This document shows positions 20,458 to 29,476 of a stretch of 64,000 nt of DNA, one piece after another. Position numbers and translations under genes: made by a program. Numbering within the stretch: the first letter of the stretch is position 1; every line of letters starts with the position of its first letter. The stretch comes from Candidatus Spongiisociaceae bacterium (GTDB taxonomy: Bacteria; Actinomycetota; Acidimicrobiia; Spongiisociales; Spongiisociaceae), in NCBI GenBank assembly GCA_965219685.1, contig CBDCOH010000002.1:1728001-1792000 (forward strand), read 5' to 3'. Below the pieces are notes generated by a model that searched no databases, had not been told where the DNA came from, and saw nothing but the letters and a program-made list of their open reading frames with translations.

Positions 20458-21096
20458 ATGGCCCACGAGCGGGTAGAGAAGAGTCGCGCGAGGCTGCTCC
20501 GGCGAGCGGTGCGGCTCGAGTGGCTGACCGTGGGCTGGAACGCGGCGGAAGGGATCATCGCCGTGGCGGCGGCTCTGGCCGCGGGCAGCGTGGCTCTTCT
20601 CGGGTTCGGGATCGACAGCTTCGTGGAGACGGTGTCCGGCGGAGTGATCCTGTGGCGCATCGCCGCCGAGCGGCGCGCCACCGCTGCGACCCGCATCCGG
20701 CGGGTCGAGGACACGGCCCGCAAAGGCGTAGCTCTCAGCATGTGGTTGCTCGCGTTGTACGTGGCTGCGGACGCCACCTCTGCCTTGGTGAGCGGCGATC
20801 GACCCTCCTCTTCAGCAGTGGGTGTGGCCTTGCTCGTGGTATCGGTGGCCGTGATGAAGTGGTTGGCCAACGCCAAGAGAGCCGTGGCCCGCGCCCTGCA
20901 CAGCCACGCCATGGAGGCCGACGCCGCCCAGACCGGCTTCTGCTGGAAGCTGTCGGTAGTCGCGCTGACCGGACTGGTGGCCAATGCCGTGCTCGATTGG
21001 TGGTGGGCCGACCCGGTCGCGGCGTTGGGACTCTCAGGCCTGATCGCCACCGAAGGCCGCCGGACGTGGAAGCTGGGAACAGCATGCTGCGCATAA
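20458..21096 (+). CDS. Cation-efflux (CDF-like) membrane protein, transmembrane domain only
   Basis: GSVALLGFGIDSFVE, HAMEADA, WWWADPVAAL; ends in ACCA. Confidence 0.85.
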   Translation: MAHERVEKSRARLLRRAVRLEWLTVGWNAAEGIIAVAAALAAGSVALLGFGIDSFVETVSGGVILWRIAAERRATAATRIRRVEDTARKGVALSMWLLALYVAADATSALVSGDRPSSSAVGVALLVVSVAVMKWLANAKRAVARALHSHAMEADAAQTGFCWKLSVVALTGLVANAVLDWWWADPVAALGLSGLIATEGRRTWKLGTACCA

Positions 21097-21219
21097 GGAC
21101 TTCCGAAACCCGGCACCAGCGAGCATAGGGCACATTTGCCAGGCCTCCGCCGTATCGCGCCCCCGGTTCCGCCGCGTCTGTATGGTCGGGGGCAACACGA
21201 AGACCGGGGGAGAGTGCAG

Positions 21220-22188
21220 ATGCCAACGGCGACCAAGTGGGCGACCAGAACTCATCGAAGGGCTCTCCGGGCAAAGACCACCGATGCTGTAGCAGCCCTT
21301 ACGGTTCTGGTTCTCTTGACCGCCGCATGCACAGCCGGCGAGACGCCACCGGACACCACCCCCGGCGCAGAGATCGGATCCGCTCCAACAGCGACACCCG
21401 CGACGACGTCGCTGCCGGAGACCCGGCCTCCCGACACCGCCGTCGTGACTACGGAACCGCCGACAACGGCCGTGTCGCCGTCAACCACCGACTCGGTGGC
21501 GGTCACGACCGCACCGCTACCGGGCGATCCGTCGGACTTCGGACCTGCCGAGGGCGCCGCGCTTGCCGTGGTGGGCGTGGATCACGACGATGTGCTCAAT
21601 GTTCGTGATGTGCCCGCCGGCGAGGTCATCGCCACCATGGGCCTGCTAAACCCCTACATCGGCCTTCTCGAAGTCCGTGAAGCGCCTTCCGGTGAGATAC
21701 TGGCCACGCCGGACTCGTGGGCGGACGCCATTGTGGCCACCGGCAGGACCAGGACGCTACCGACCACCACCTGGCACGAGCTACGCGTAGCCGGCTTGAC
21801 GGGCTGGTCGAGCGCCGCATACCTGGCGCAACCGGGTGCCACGGACGACCTGACAGCCCACATCATCGAGATGCTCGGCGAGGGGACGCAGGCGGACACG
21901 ATGCTCGATCTGGGCCTCATGGTCGCGGAGACGATGGCGTCCGACCAGCCGCCATCTCTTGTCGTCGTTTCGGTGAAACCCTTCTTATTCGAGGCCATCG
22001 GTGAGATCACCGTTGATGTGCTGAACATCGGCGACGACTCCGTCCTGGGCTTCCGGCTGGGCATATTCGCGGACGCCGGGGAGGACTGGATGTCGGAGGA
22101 CCCGGGTCCCTTCACCCTCCGCGCAGTCACGAGCACCGTCCTTTGCTACAGCAGCCGGGGAGTGACCGAATACGGCCTCTGCCGCTAG
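21220..22188 (+). CDS. Hypothetical lipoprotein with P/T-rich linker and SH3-like domain
   Basis: Lipobox LTAAC, Thr/Pro-rich stretch, DDVLNVRDVP...WHEL...GWSSAAYL. Confidence 0.75.
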   Translation: MPTATKWATRTHRRALRAKTTDAVAALTVLVLLTAACTAGETPPDTTPGAEIGSAPTATPATTSLPETRPPDTAVVTTEPPTTAVSPSTTDSVAVTTAPLPGDPSDFGPAEGAALAVVGVDHDDVLNVRDVPAGEVIATMGLLNPYIGLLEVREAPSGEILATPDSWADAIVATGRTRTLPTTTWHELRVAGLTGWSSAAYLAQPGATDDLTAHIIEMLGEGTQADTMLDLGLMVAETMASDQPPSLVVVSVKPFLFEAIGEITVDVLNIGDDSVLGFRLGIFADAGEDWMSEDPGPFTLRAVTSTVLCYSSRGVTEYGLCR

Positions 22189-22224
22189 CTAGCAGCCATA
22201 CACCAGTCACGATAGGGGCCGCCT

Positions 22225-22497
22225 GTGAGCACACGGGGCAAACGTGTGTTGACGATCCCACTGGTTGTGACACTGGTCCTGTCCGGCGCGTGCAGCAACA
22301 ATCCTGCTGTTGCAGTGGGCGAGTCTCATAGCGACAGGACCACCTACCCTGATCGTCGGCTTCCGATGCGGGACCGTGACCGGGTTGGTCGACGAAGACG
22401 GCGGACAGACTCCGATGTGAGGAGTAGCGCCCGGACGAGGACCGTTGCCATCACATCTGAGCATACGACGCCGACTCTGCAACGGAGAAGGTGCTAG
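22225..22497 (+). pseudogene. Truncated lipoprotein remnant
   Basis: Signal peptide with lipobox LSGAC followed by sequence that does not look protein-like. Confidence 0.35.
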
Positions 22498-22629
22498 CGG
22501 CCTTCCCCGTAGGGCGGATCTCAGGACCTGGCCTCTGCATCGACGTCGTGTAGGCCATGGCTTCTCACTTGCTGTGAGTGCTAGACATCCTTGATCAGCA
22601 AGCTGTCTGAGGGTGGTTCGGGATGTTTA

Positions 22630-22665
22630 TGTCACAGGGGGGTTGTACAATAAGAACATATGTAC
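22630..22665 (+). promoter_or_regulatory. DNA-damage-type promoter (RecA-NDp/PafBC-like spacing) plus LexA-like box
   Basis: TGTC(22630)-N12-TACAAT(22646-22651); GAAC-ATAT-GTAC(22654-22665) overlaps ATG 22660; no RBS. Confidence 0.6.
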
Positions 22666-24018
22666 GATTACTTACTCGACTACCCCGACCGGGAAAACGT
22701 CCATCCCACAGCCGCCAACGGTGCGGGACCGGATGCTGATCCGTTCACGAGCCGATACCAGCAGGAACGGCAACGGGTCTACAACCGGGCCGCTCATATG
22801 GCAAACAGCACGGATTACACCCACGCCGACGTGGAAGACGCCAAAGCAGAAGCCGGGCTGGTACGCGAACAGGCCAAGGTCAGCCGATCCAAGGGTGGAC
22901 AGATCGCCTGGGTCCGGCACATGCTCAGGCGGGGTGCTGTGGCCCGCATGGGGTACCGCAACCCAATAGAGATGGTCGCCTCCCGCCTTGACGCGCCCAG
23001 GTCCGCGGCGCGTGACCTGGTGTATCTGGCGGAGCGGTTGGCGGATCACCAGATCGAGGCGATCCGAGCGGGTGCCGTCTCCTTCGAGCGTGCCCTCGCC
23101 GAGGAGCGCCTCGCCGAAGCGGGCGCGTCGCGGGAGGTGATCGAGGCCAGCCGGGACCTGGACCTCGAAGCGGTACAGCGGGTCCTGGAAGAGCACCACC
23201 GGATGAGCAGAGCCGACGAGCGGGAACTGTTCGAGGGCCAGTACCTGATGTTGCAGCCATCACTGGACGGCAGCCACATCCAGGTGAAAGGACGGCTCGG
23301 CGCCCTCGAAGGAGAGATATGCCGCCAGGGCCTCGACCGCAGAGCAGAAAAGCTGGTACCCGCCGGAGAGGAACGCCCCAATGCGGGACAGCGGCGGGCA
23401 CTGGCCCTGACAACCCTCTGCCAGGACGAACTCGAACGCCACCCCCAACCCGCCAGCACCACCACCGACCGGATCCGGGCCGCCCAAGGACGCCGGGAGC
23501 CGTCGATCATGATCGTCGCTCACCAGCCTTTGGCCGAAGCGTCCGGCTACGAACAGGGTGTGGCCGTCCTGGGAGGAGCCCGGGTGGGACCCGATGTCGT
23601 GGACCTCATCGGATGCGTGAGTCCCATCGAGAGGATCACCACCGACGGGCAGAGCATCGTCCACCTCCCAACTACCACCAACATCCGACCCTCCCTACGC
23701 CGCGCGGTTCTCGCCCGTGACGACGGTTGCACCATCGACGGATGCACCTCCACCTACCGGCTCGAAGTCCACCACATCATCCCCGTCTCCCGGGGCGGCA
23801 ACCACACCCCCGAGAACGTCACCACCCTGTGCTGGTTCCACCACCACGTCGCCGTACACCGCCGAGGCATGCGCATTGATCCCCAATCACCACCCCGCCG
23901 CCGCCGACTCCTACCCGCAGCGGCAAGAACGTGCGGCTACCAGCCACCCGACCCCGACCCACACACCCTCGCCATCCTCCGGGCACTGCACGCACCCACC
24001 AACCGCGCCCCACCCTGA
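22660..24018 (+). CDS. DUF222-like/13E12-type HNH endonuclease-domain protein
   Basis: C-terminal RRAVLARDDGCTIDGC...EVHHIIP..RGG...ENVTTLCWFHH. Confidence 0.88.
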   Translation: MYDYLLDYPDRENVHPTAANGAGPDADPFTSRYQQERQRVYNRAAHMANSTDYTHADVEDAKAEAGLVREQAKVSRSKGGQIAWVRHMLRRGAVARMGYRNPIEMVASRLDAPRSAARDLVYLAERLADHQIEAIRAGAVSFERALAEERLAEAGASREVIEASRDLDLEAVQRVLEEHHRMSRADERELFEGQYLMLQPSLDGSHIQVKGRLGALEGEICRQGLDRRAEKLVPAGEERPNAGQRRALALTTLCQDELERHPQPASTTTDRIRAAQGRREPSIMIVAHQPLAEASGYEQGVAVLGGARVGPDVVDLIGCVSPIERITTDGQSIVHLPTTTNIRPSLRRAVLARDDGCTIDGCTSTYRLEVHHIIPVSRGGNHTPENVTTLCWFHHHVAVHRRGMRIDPQSPPRRRRLLPAAARTCGYQPPDPDPHTLAILRALHAPTNRAPP

Positions 24019-24020
24019 CT

Positions 24021-24062
24021 CGTTGCCCGTTGCCCGTTGCCCGTTGCCCGTTGCCCGTTGCA
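24021..24062. repeat. 7-bp tandem array (CGTTGCC)x6
   Basis: Begins 2 bp after the HNH stop codon; the last unit is a variant. Confidence 0.95.
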
Positions 24063-24106
24063 CCGTTCTTCGTTGATCGGCGCAGAAGAAGCCAATAACG
24101 CGAGCC

Positions 24107-24856
24107 TCACCTTCCGGGGCGGCGCGCCCGGATGATGGCGGAGTGGACCCCCACCACGGCTATGGAGTTCGCCGTGTCCGCCATCTGGTGGGTGGGAGTG
24201 ATCTCCACGTCGACCAGGCCTGCCGATTCCAGACCCTGCCGGTACTCGGTGAAGGAAGGCGCGCCTGCGATACAGCCGACCCAGGAGCCCCGCTCCTTGC
24301 GCTGCTCGGGAGTTAGCGCATCGTCGGCCACCACATCTGTCACCCCTACCCGCCCGCCGGGACGGAGCACCCGGGCGATCTCAGCGAAGACGGCCCTCTT
24401 GTCCTCCGACAGGTTGATCACGCAGTTGGAGATGACCACATCCACCGAGGCGTCGGGCAGCGGGATGTCCTCCATGTAGCCCTTGAGGAACTCGACGTTG
24501 CTCACCCCCGCCTCGGCCGCGTTGGCCCGCGCCAACGCCAGCATCTCATCGGTCATGTCCAATCCGTAGGCGAATCCGGTCGGACCGACCCGGCGAGCCG
24601 ACAGCAGTACGTCGATCCCCCCGCCCGAGCCGAGGTCCAGCACAATCTCGCCAGGGCGTAGCTCGGCCACCGCAACCGGGTTCCCGCAGCCGAGGGATCC
24701 TTCGGCCGCGGCCACCGGAAGTTCGTCGATCTCGGAAGGTGCGTAGAGACTGGATGCGAGTTCGCAATGCGGCTCGGCCTCGGCTACCCGGGTCATGGTG
24801 GCTCGGGCGGCGTTGGCGTAGCTCTGCCGCACCTGCTCGCGGATGCTGTCGGTCAT
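24107..24856 (-). CDS. arsM: Arsenite S-adenosylmethionine methyltransferase
   Basis: [34 protein letters not shown]. Confidence 0.88.
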   Translation of the reverse strand: MTDSIREQVRQSYANAARATMTRVAEAEPHCELASSLYAPSEIDELPVAAAEGSLGCGNPVAVAELRPGEIVLDLGSGGGIDVLLSARRVGPTGFAYGLDMTDEMLALARANAAEAGVSNVEFLKGYMEDIPLPDASVDVVISNCVINLSEDKRAVFAEIARVLRPGGRVGVTDVVADDALTPEQRKERGSWVGCIAGAPSFTEYRQGLESAGLVDVEITPTHQMADTANSIAVVGVHSAIIRARRPGR

Positions 24857-25356
24857 GAGGTTCCTCCGGTTCCGGCGACGTACAGTACCTGCTTCAACCG
24901 AGACACATCGGTACGAGATTCACCCTTTGCGGGTTGACACCCGCTCGACGAGCATGGGCGAGTGGACAGATCCACCCGTCGGGTCATGCCTCACCGGCCG
25001 CGATAGCGACCATTCCCGCAAGGTCGCACATCGTCTGGGTTCTGCTTCGGGTTGACTCCGGCCGGCGGGTGACCAGAACCCGGTGATCGGCCCCGATCAG
25101 GTCCGCGCTCTGTCCGAGGCGGGCCATGTCCGCAAGTCCGGGTCCGGTGGTAGGCGTATTTCTATTCTGCTCTCCCAGGACTTCTATCTCGCAGCCTGGA
25201 ATCTTCTACTTTGCAAGACCAGGAGAACGGAGTCCCTCCGGCACTCTCAGCGGATGCCGACGCTGTATGCGCCAGCCCTCGATCGTCGGCCGGCCTGGCA
25301 CGAGCGCAAAGCCGGCAATGCGCTTCTCTCGAGAAGATCCGGCTACCTTCTCGTAG

Positions 25357-25968
25357 ATGGCTACAAGACGATCAATAGTTGCTCGGGCTGCGGAGATATC
25401 GGCCGATGAAGGCTTCGAGGCGGTCACCACTGGCAGGCTGGCCGGAGAGATGGGGATAGCCTCGGGCGAGGTTCTCGCACACTTCACTACCGATGAGTTG
25501 CTCCAGCAGTCGATCGTCTGGGCGGGCGCCGAGGTGTTCAAGAAAGCCGTGACCGAACCGGCCGTCTCAGCCCCGGACGGCATCGAGCGACTCAGAGCCC
25601 TGCTTTCGCACTGGGTGGACTACGCGGAGAGCGACGCCTACCGCGGCGGGTTCGTAGGCGGGGCCGCCAACCTTCCCGGACACATCAGGGAACTGATCGC
25701 GCGGATAGCCCGGTCGTGGATCGAGACGCTGGCCGGACATGCCCGCATGGCCGTGGAACAGGGCGATCTGCCACCCGGAACCGATCCCCAACAGGTCGCC
25801 TTCGAGGTCCACGGGCTGGTGCAGGAAGCCAACTGGACCTTCGGCGTTCTCGGCGACAAGGAGGCCTACAACCGTGCTAGGAGGGGAATCGAGAACCGCT
25901 TGGGCTGCCAGACATACCGCCCGAGGGGATCCCGCGGCGAAGTCATACGTCAATCAGGCGGGCTCTGA
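25357..25968 (+). CDS. TetR-family transcriptional regulator
   Basis: N-terminal HTH (EGFEAVTTGRLAGEMGIASGEVLAHF); C-terminal AVEQGDLPPGTDPQQVAFE. Confidence 0.85.
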   Translation: MATRRSIVARAAEISADEGFEAVTTGRLAGEMGIASGEVLAHFTTDELLQQSIVWAGAEVFKKAVTEPAVSAPDGIERLRALLSHWVDYAESDAYRGGFVGGAANLPGHIRELIARIARSWIETLAGHARMAVEQGDLPPGTDPQQVAFEVHGLVQEANWTFGVLGDKEAYNRARRGIENRLGCQTYRPRGSRGEVIRQSGGL

Positions 25969-26338
25969 CGTTCAGAGCCGATAGCAGAAGGTTCATGTCC
26001 CGCGAGTCAGAGGTGAGAAGGGCGACATCAACGTCACCATGTGTGGCCTCGAACACCGCGACCGCGGTAGAGGCATCGATGACATCGGACGTGCCGGTCC
26101 TGCCGCACAGTTGCCCGGAGGCCCGTGCCGCCGACCCGTCGAGGGTCACCTCGTCGCATCGCTTCAGCGATCGGGACAATAGGGCCTGCCGGCCACCGTC
26201 CCGCCAGGCTTGGCCGATCACCCCGGCGGGAACTTGAACAGCTTCGCCGCGGTCGAACGCGGCCTCGATCATCGACAAAACGCGGCGGTTACCGCGATCC
26301 ACCTGGATCAAGGCGCCGGTATCGAGAACGAGGATCAT
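25943..26338 (-). CDS. vapC: PIN-domain toxin
   Basis: LVLDTGALI, DVIDA, LLTSD acidic residues; coupled to the upstream gene; overlaps the TetR 3' end convergently. Confidence 0.82.
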   Translation of the reverse strand: MILVLDTGALIQVDRGNRRVLSMIEAAFDRGEAVQVPAGVIGQAWRDGGRQALLSRSLKRCDEVTLDGSAARASGQLCGRTGTSDVIDASTAVAVFEATHGDVDVALLTSDSRDMNLLLSALNVRARLIDV

Positions 26339-26676
26339 GGCCCGTAGAGCAGTTCTCGAGCCCGGGCGCGTTCCTCTTCGGTGAACGCCCCGTTCTCGGC
26401 CTGCCACTCCTCGATGAACTCCCTCCAACCCTCCAACGCCTCGCGTTTCTTCTCCGGATTGTTGTGCCAACGGTTCGGATCCCGCATCGCTGCCTTGTGC
26501 ACCTCCTCCAGGGCTGCCGCGAGATCCGGGTCGGAAAGAACGACCGGACCTTTCACACGCATCACGTAGAGGCGCTCCGGGACCTCGGGTAGTTCGACAG
26601 GCACCTCGCCGACACTCTCCTGGAGTCTCTCCTCCAGACACTCATCGACCGCACCAATCGTTTGTGCTGTATCCAT
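26335..26676 (-). CDS. Putative antitoxin
   Basis: Acidic, 113 aa; C-terminal FIEEWQAENGAFTEEERARARE; ATGA overlap with the PIN gene. Confidence 0.7.
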   Translation of the reverse strand: MDTAQTIGAVDECLEERLQESVGEVPVELPEVPERLYVMRVKGPVVLSDPDLAAALEEVHKAAMRDPNRWHNNPEKKREALEGWREFIEEWQAENGAFTEEERARARELLYGP

Positions 26677-26723
26677 ACAGGCAACGTACCCTGCCAACCC
26701 GCAAGGGTCAATACCCTCGATCG

Positions 26724-26835
26724 GCCGGTTGCCGGTTGCCGGTTGCCGGTTGCCGGTTGCCGGTTGCCGGTTGCCGGTTGCCGGTTGCCGGTTGCCGGTT
26801 GCCGGTTGCCGGTTGCCGGTTGCCGGTTGCCGGTT
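26724..26835. repeat. 7-bp tandem array (GCCGGTT)x16
   Basis: Perfect repeat counted from the sequence. Confidence 0.97.
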
Positions 26836-26906
26836 GCGATGAACGGCTACCACACCTGGGCTCAATGTCACAGGGACCAGCTCGCTGTTCGAGTACCGTC
26901 AAGAGT

Positions 26907-27004
26907 TCAACGGTCAACGGTCAACGGTCAACGGACAACGGACAACGGACAACGGACAACGGACAACGGACAACGGACAACGGACAACGGACAACGGACA
27001 ACCG
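26907..27004. repeat. 7-bp tandem array (TCAACGG)x4 (ACAACGG)x9 ACAACCG
   Basis: Abuts the DUF885 stop codon at 27005; inverted relative to the 26724 array. Confidence 0.97.
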
Positions 27005-28639
27005 TCAGCCGGCCCGGTCGATGGCCTCGATGTCGCTGGGGTCGTCCAGCATCTCCCAGCGGAGCAGCGATATCGGGACGTTGCCGTTGTTCCACAGGTG
27101 GTCGTGGAACCATCGCAGGCTGAACTCGTCCCCCAGCTTCTTCTTGGCGTCGGCCAGCAGGCGGATTACCTCGAGCTTGCCGACCATGTACGCCATTGCC
27201 AGTCCCGGATTGGACACGTACATCGAGGTCTCCTCGAGCGCAGTCTGGGGATCGACCGGGATCAACTCCTCGAACATCCTCATCCCCTCCTCGAGGGTGA
27301 TGGCACCGGTTGCCAGGCTCACGTCCACCACGGTCCGCAGGCTGCGGAGGCGCTTGAAGTTCTGGGTCACCAGCCTCGACCATGGAGCGTCGTCGAACAG
27401 GCCCGCCTGGAGCATCAGCGACTCGTTGTAGTGTGCCAGGCCCTCGTTGCTGACCGAGTCGTAGTAGCGCCGTCGGAGCGGGTTGGGATTGGCCCAAGAA
27501 AGGGCCAGTTGCTTGTAGTGGACACCTTCGTGCATGATGCCCAGCCGGGGATCCCGGGCGTTGGCCTCGTAGAAGTAGGACAGGGGCCGGTTGGGATCCC
27601 ACACGTACGTGTAGGCATCCTCGTCGAGACGCTGATCGGACGTCAGGTCGTTGGCCACCCCCAGCCAGTTGAGAGGCTGCACGTACTCCGGCAGGGGCGC
27701 GGTGAGGTAGCGCCGGAGTGACTCGGGCTGCGTGAGAAGGTTCTCGTTCTCGTAGAACTCCCGGACCGCTTGCTCGTCCTGGGCCTGCTGCTCGCATTGG
27801 GCCTCGGCGGTCGGGAAGCGGTCGGGCACCGGCGTGTCGCCGTAGCGGTTGCGTTCCACCTCCTCCCATGCATAGTTGTAGTACAGCTCGCGTTGAGCCA
27901 GCAGGACCATTTCCTCGGGCTGGAGGGGGAGGAGCGCCACGTTGCGTAGGTACCACATGAACTTGTCCCGCCCGACCGGCTCCACAGTTGCCATCCCGGC
28001 CTGATGCTCACGCAGCCACTCCCGGAACGACACCAAGTGATCGGTAGCCTCGGCGCCGGCCTTGGCGAGGGCACTGCGACGGGATGCGTCGAAGAACCCA
28101 CTCACCTCCTCAATCGACTTTGGCAGGGCGGAGTCAATCTCCCGTAGAAGTCGGATGGCCGACCCTGCCAGAGCCGACGTGCCGGCTCGTGCAAGGTTCT
28201 CGAGCGCGACCTGCAACTGGGGACCCACCATGTTGAGTTGGTGGATAATGCCGTCCTGGCGGTCCGTGGGGAACGGCGGTGGCCGGAGCAGCGAGTCGAA
28301 GTAGGTGCCGAGCGCCTGATGCACCTGCATGACCGCGTCCCGCTCCCAGGACCGCAGAACCCCAGTCTCCCACTCCACACGAGAGACTGCGGAGCCGATC
28401 AGCCGATAGTCAACCTGGACCGGAACCGCCTCGCCCGAGACATCCAGATCCTCCCACCGGCGCCGGAAGTCAGCGGCCTTCTCCAGGCGCCGGCGAGCCG
28501 AGTCCTGGTCGAACTGGGGGATCCAGTCGGGGTTCAGCTCAAGGCGGGGAACATCGTCAGGGCTGCGGTAGCCACTGACGATTCTCCAGTCCCAGAACTC
28601 GAGGCCCAAGTCCTGCACCGCCTGGTTCATATCACTCAT
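27005..28639 (-). CDS. DUF885-family putative zinc metallopeptidase, copy a (no signal peptide)
   Basis: HEGVH (HExxH), NEGLAHYNE, PGLAMAYMVGKLE, FSLRWFHD. Confidence 0.85.
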   Translation of the reverse strand: MSDMNQAVQDLGLEFWDWRIVSGYRSPDDVPRLELNPDWIPQFDQDSARRRLEKAADFRRRWEDLDVSGEAVPVQVDYRLIGSAVSRVEWETGVLRSWERDAVMQVHQALGTYFDSLLRPPPFPTDRQDGIIHQLNMVGPQLQVALENLARAGTSALAGSAIRLLREIDSALPKSIEEVSGFFDASRRSALAKAGAEATDHLVSFREWLREHQAGMATVEPVGRDKFMWYLRNVALLPLQPEEMVLLAQRELYYNYAWEEVERNRYGDTPVPDRFPTAEAQCEQQAQDEQAVREFYENENLLTQPESLRRYLTAPLPEYVQPLNWLGVANDLTSDQRLDEDAYTYVWDPNRPLSYFYEANARDPRLGIMHEGVHYKQLALSWANPNPLRRRYYDSVSNEGLAHYNESLMLQAGLFDDAPWSRLVTQNFKRLRSLRTVVDVSLATGAITLEEGMRMFEELIPVDPQTALEETSMYVSNPGLAMAYMVGKLEVIRLLADAKKKLGDEFSLRWFHDHLWNNGNVPISLLRWEMLDDPSDIEAIDRAG

Positions 28640-28654
28640 TTGGAGTTCCTCCCG

Positions 28655-29074
28655 CTAGCCGGACCAGGGATTTACGACCACGATCCCGCATCCCTCGAAA
28701 CCACCGCTATCGCGTGTGGCAACCGAAGCGCCTACCGAACGCGCGACCGCAGCTATTTGGCAGTCTGCCGTGCTGATGGGGCGTCCCGCCGCGCGTCGTG
28801 CGGCTGCTATCAAAGCGTAGGAACGTGCGGCATCACTATCGAAGGGCAGGATACGCCCTGCAAAGTCCTCGCTCAAAAGCCCTTCAATCGCGGCCCGGAG
28901 CTCCGTCCGCCGAGACCCCTCCGGGAGAACTTCCACCCCATACCTCAATTCTGCTTCGCTGACACTCGACAGATAGAGGCGAGAGGCCACGTGCCTGCCA
29001 AACCAATCAATCACTACCGCGGCGGGGTGGGGACGCATCAACTCGGAGACGACATTGGTATCCAGCACGATCAT
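28655..29074 (-). CDS. vapC: PIN-domain toxin (FitB/StbB-like)
   Basis: MIVLDTNVVSELMRP, ADCQIAA, VATRD, VVNPW. Confidence 0.93.
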   Translation of the reverse strand: MIVLDTNVVSELMRPHPAAVVIDWFGRHVASRLYLSSVSEAELRYGVEVLPEGSRRTELRAAIEGLLSEDFAGRILPFDSDAARSYALIAAARRAAGRPISTADCQIAAVARSVGASVATRDSGGFEGCGIVVVNPWSG

Positions 29075-29328
29075 CGACCGACATCCCCGAAGTCAGGTGG
29101 CTCCCTCATCGGCTCGCGGGGCGGCAGGTCCAACTCGACACCGCCCAGGGATGCAAACCGATCACGGATGGCCCGGACCAGGTCCTCACCGCTCGCGGGC
29201 TGCGCGTAGAGCGCAGCCCGCAGGATATCCCTGGCTTCCTGTTCCATGGACTTGCCGTTCTCGGCCGCGCGGATACGCAGCCTTCGTTTCAGTCCTTCTT
29301 CCAAGTTTCGCACCGTTATGCTCGCCAT
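29071..29328 (-). CDS. Ribbon-helix-helix antitoxin (FitA/StbC-like)
   Basis: MASITVRNLEEGLKRRLRIRAAENGKSMEQEARDIL; AGGAG RBS. Confidence 0.92.
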   Translation of the reverse strand: MASITVRNLEEGLKRRLRIRAAENGKSMEQEARDILRAALYAQPASGEDLVRAIRDRFASLGGVELDLPPREPMREPPDFGDVGR

Positions 29329-29365
29329 GATCCGCTCCTGCTTGCATCCACTGCATACTCTATTA

Positions 29366-29382
29366 TGATTGCAATGCAATCA
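29366..29382. promoter_or_regulatory. Palindromic operator of the FitAB-like TA promoter
   Basis: TGATTGCA-A-TGCAATCA overlapping a CATAAT -10-like hexamer on the minus strand. Confidence 0.65.
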
Positions 29383-29476
29383 CCGCGCGGTAGAGCTGTC
29401 TGCTCCAACTCGACCGAGGAAGATCGGGGCGATGCCGATAGTGTCCACGCGGACACCCTCGAAACCGTCGAAGTAG

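Noticed and set aside
20458-24856. CDF-like gene plus arsM as a metal-resistance island
   Set aside because: No arsR/arsC/acr3, integrase or boundary repeats are visible, and the genes are separated by unrelated ORFs
25126-25359. In-frame TAG immediately before the TetR ATG (possible readthrough or pyrrolysine)
   Set aside because: The upstream peptide has no recognisable similarity, no pyl genes are present, and the TetR is essentially complete from 25357
26662-27431. Track ORFs encoding QPATGNR / LPVAGCR / TTDNGQR repeats
   Set aside because: They are translations of stop-free heptamer arrays, with no RBS and open in several frames
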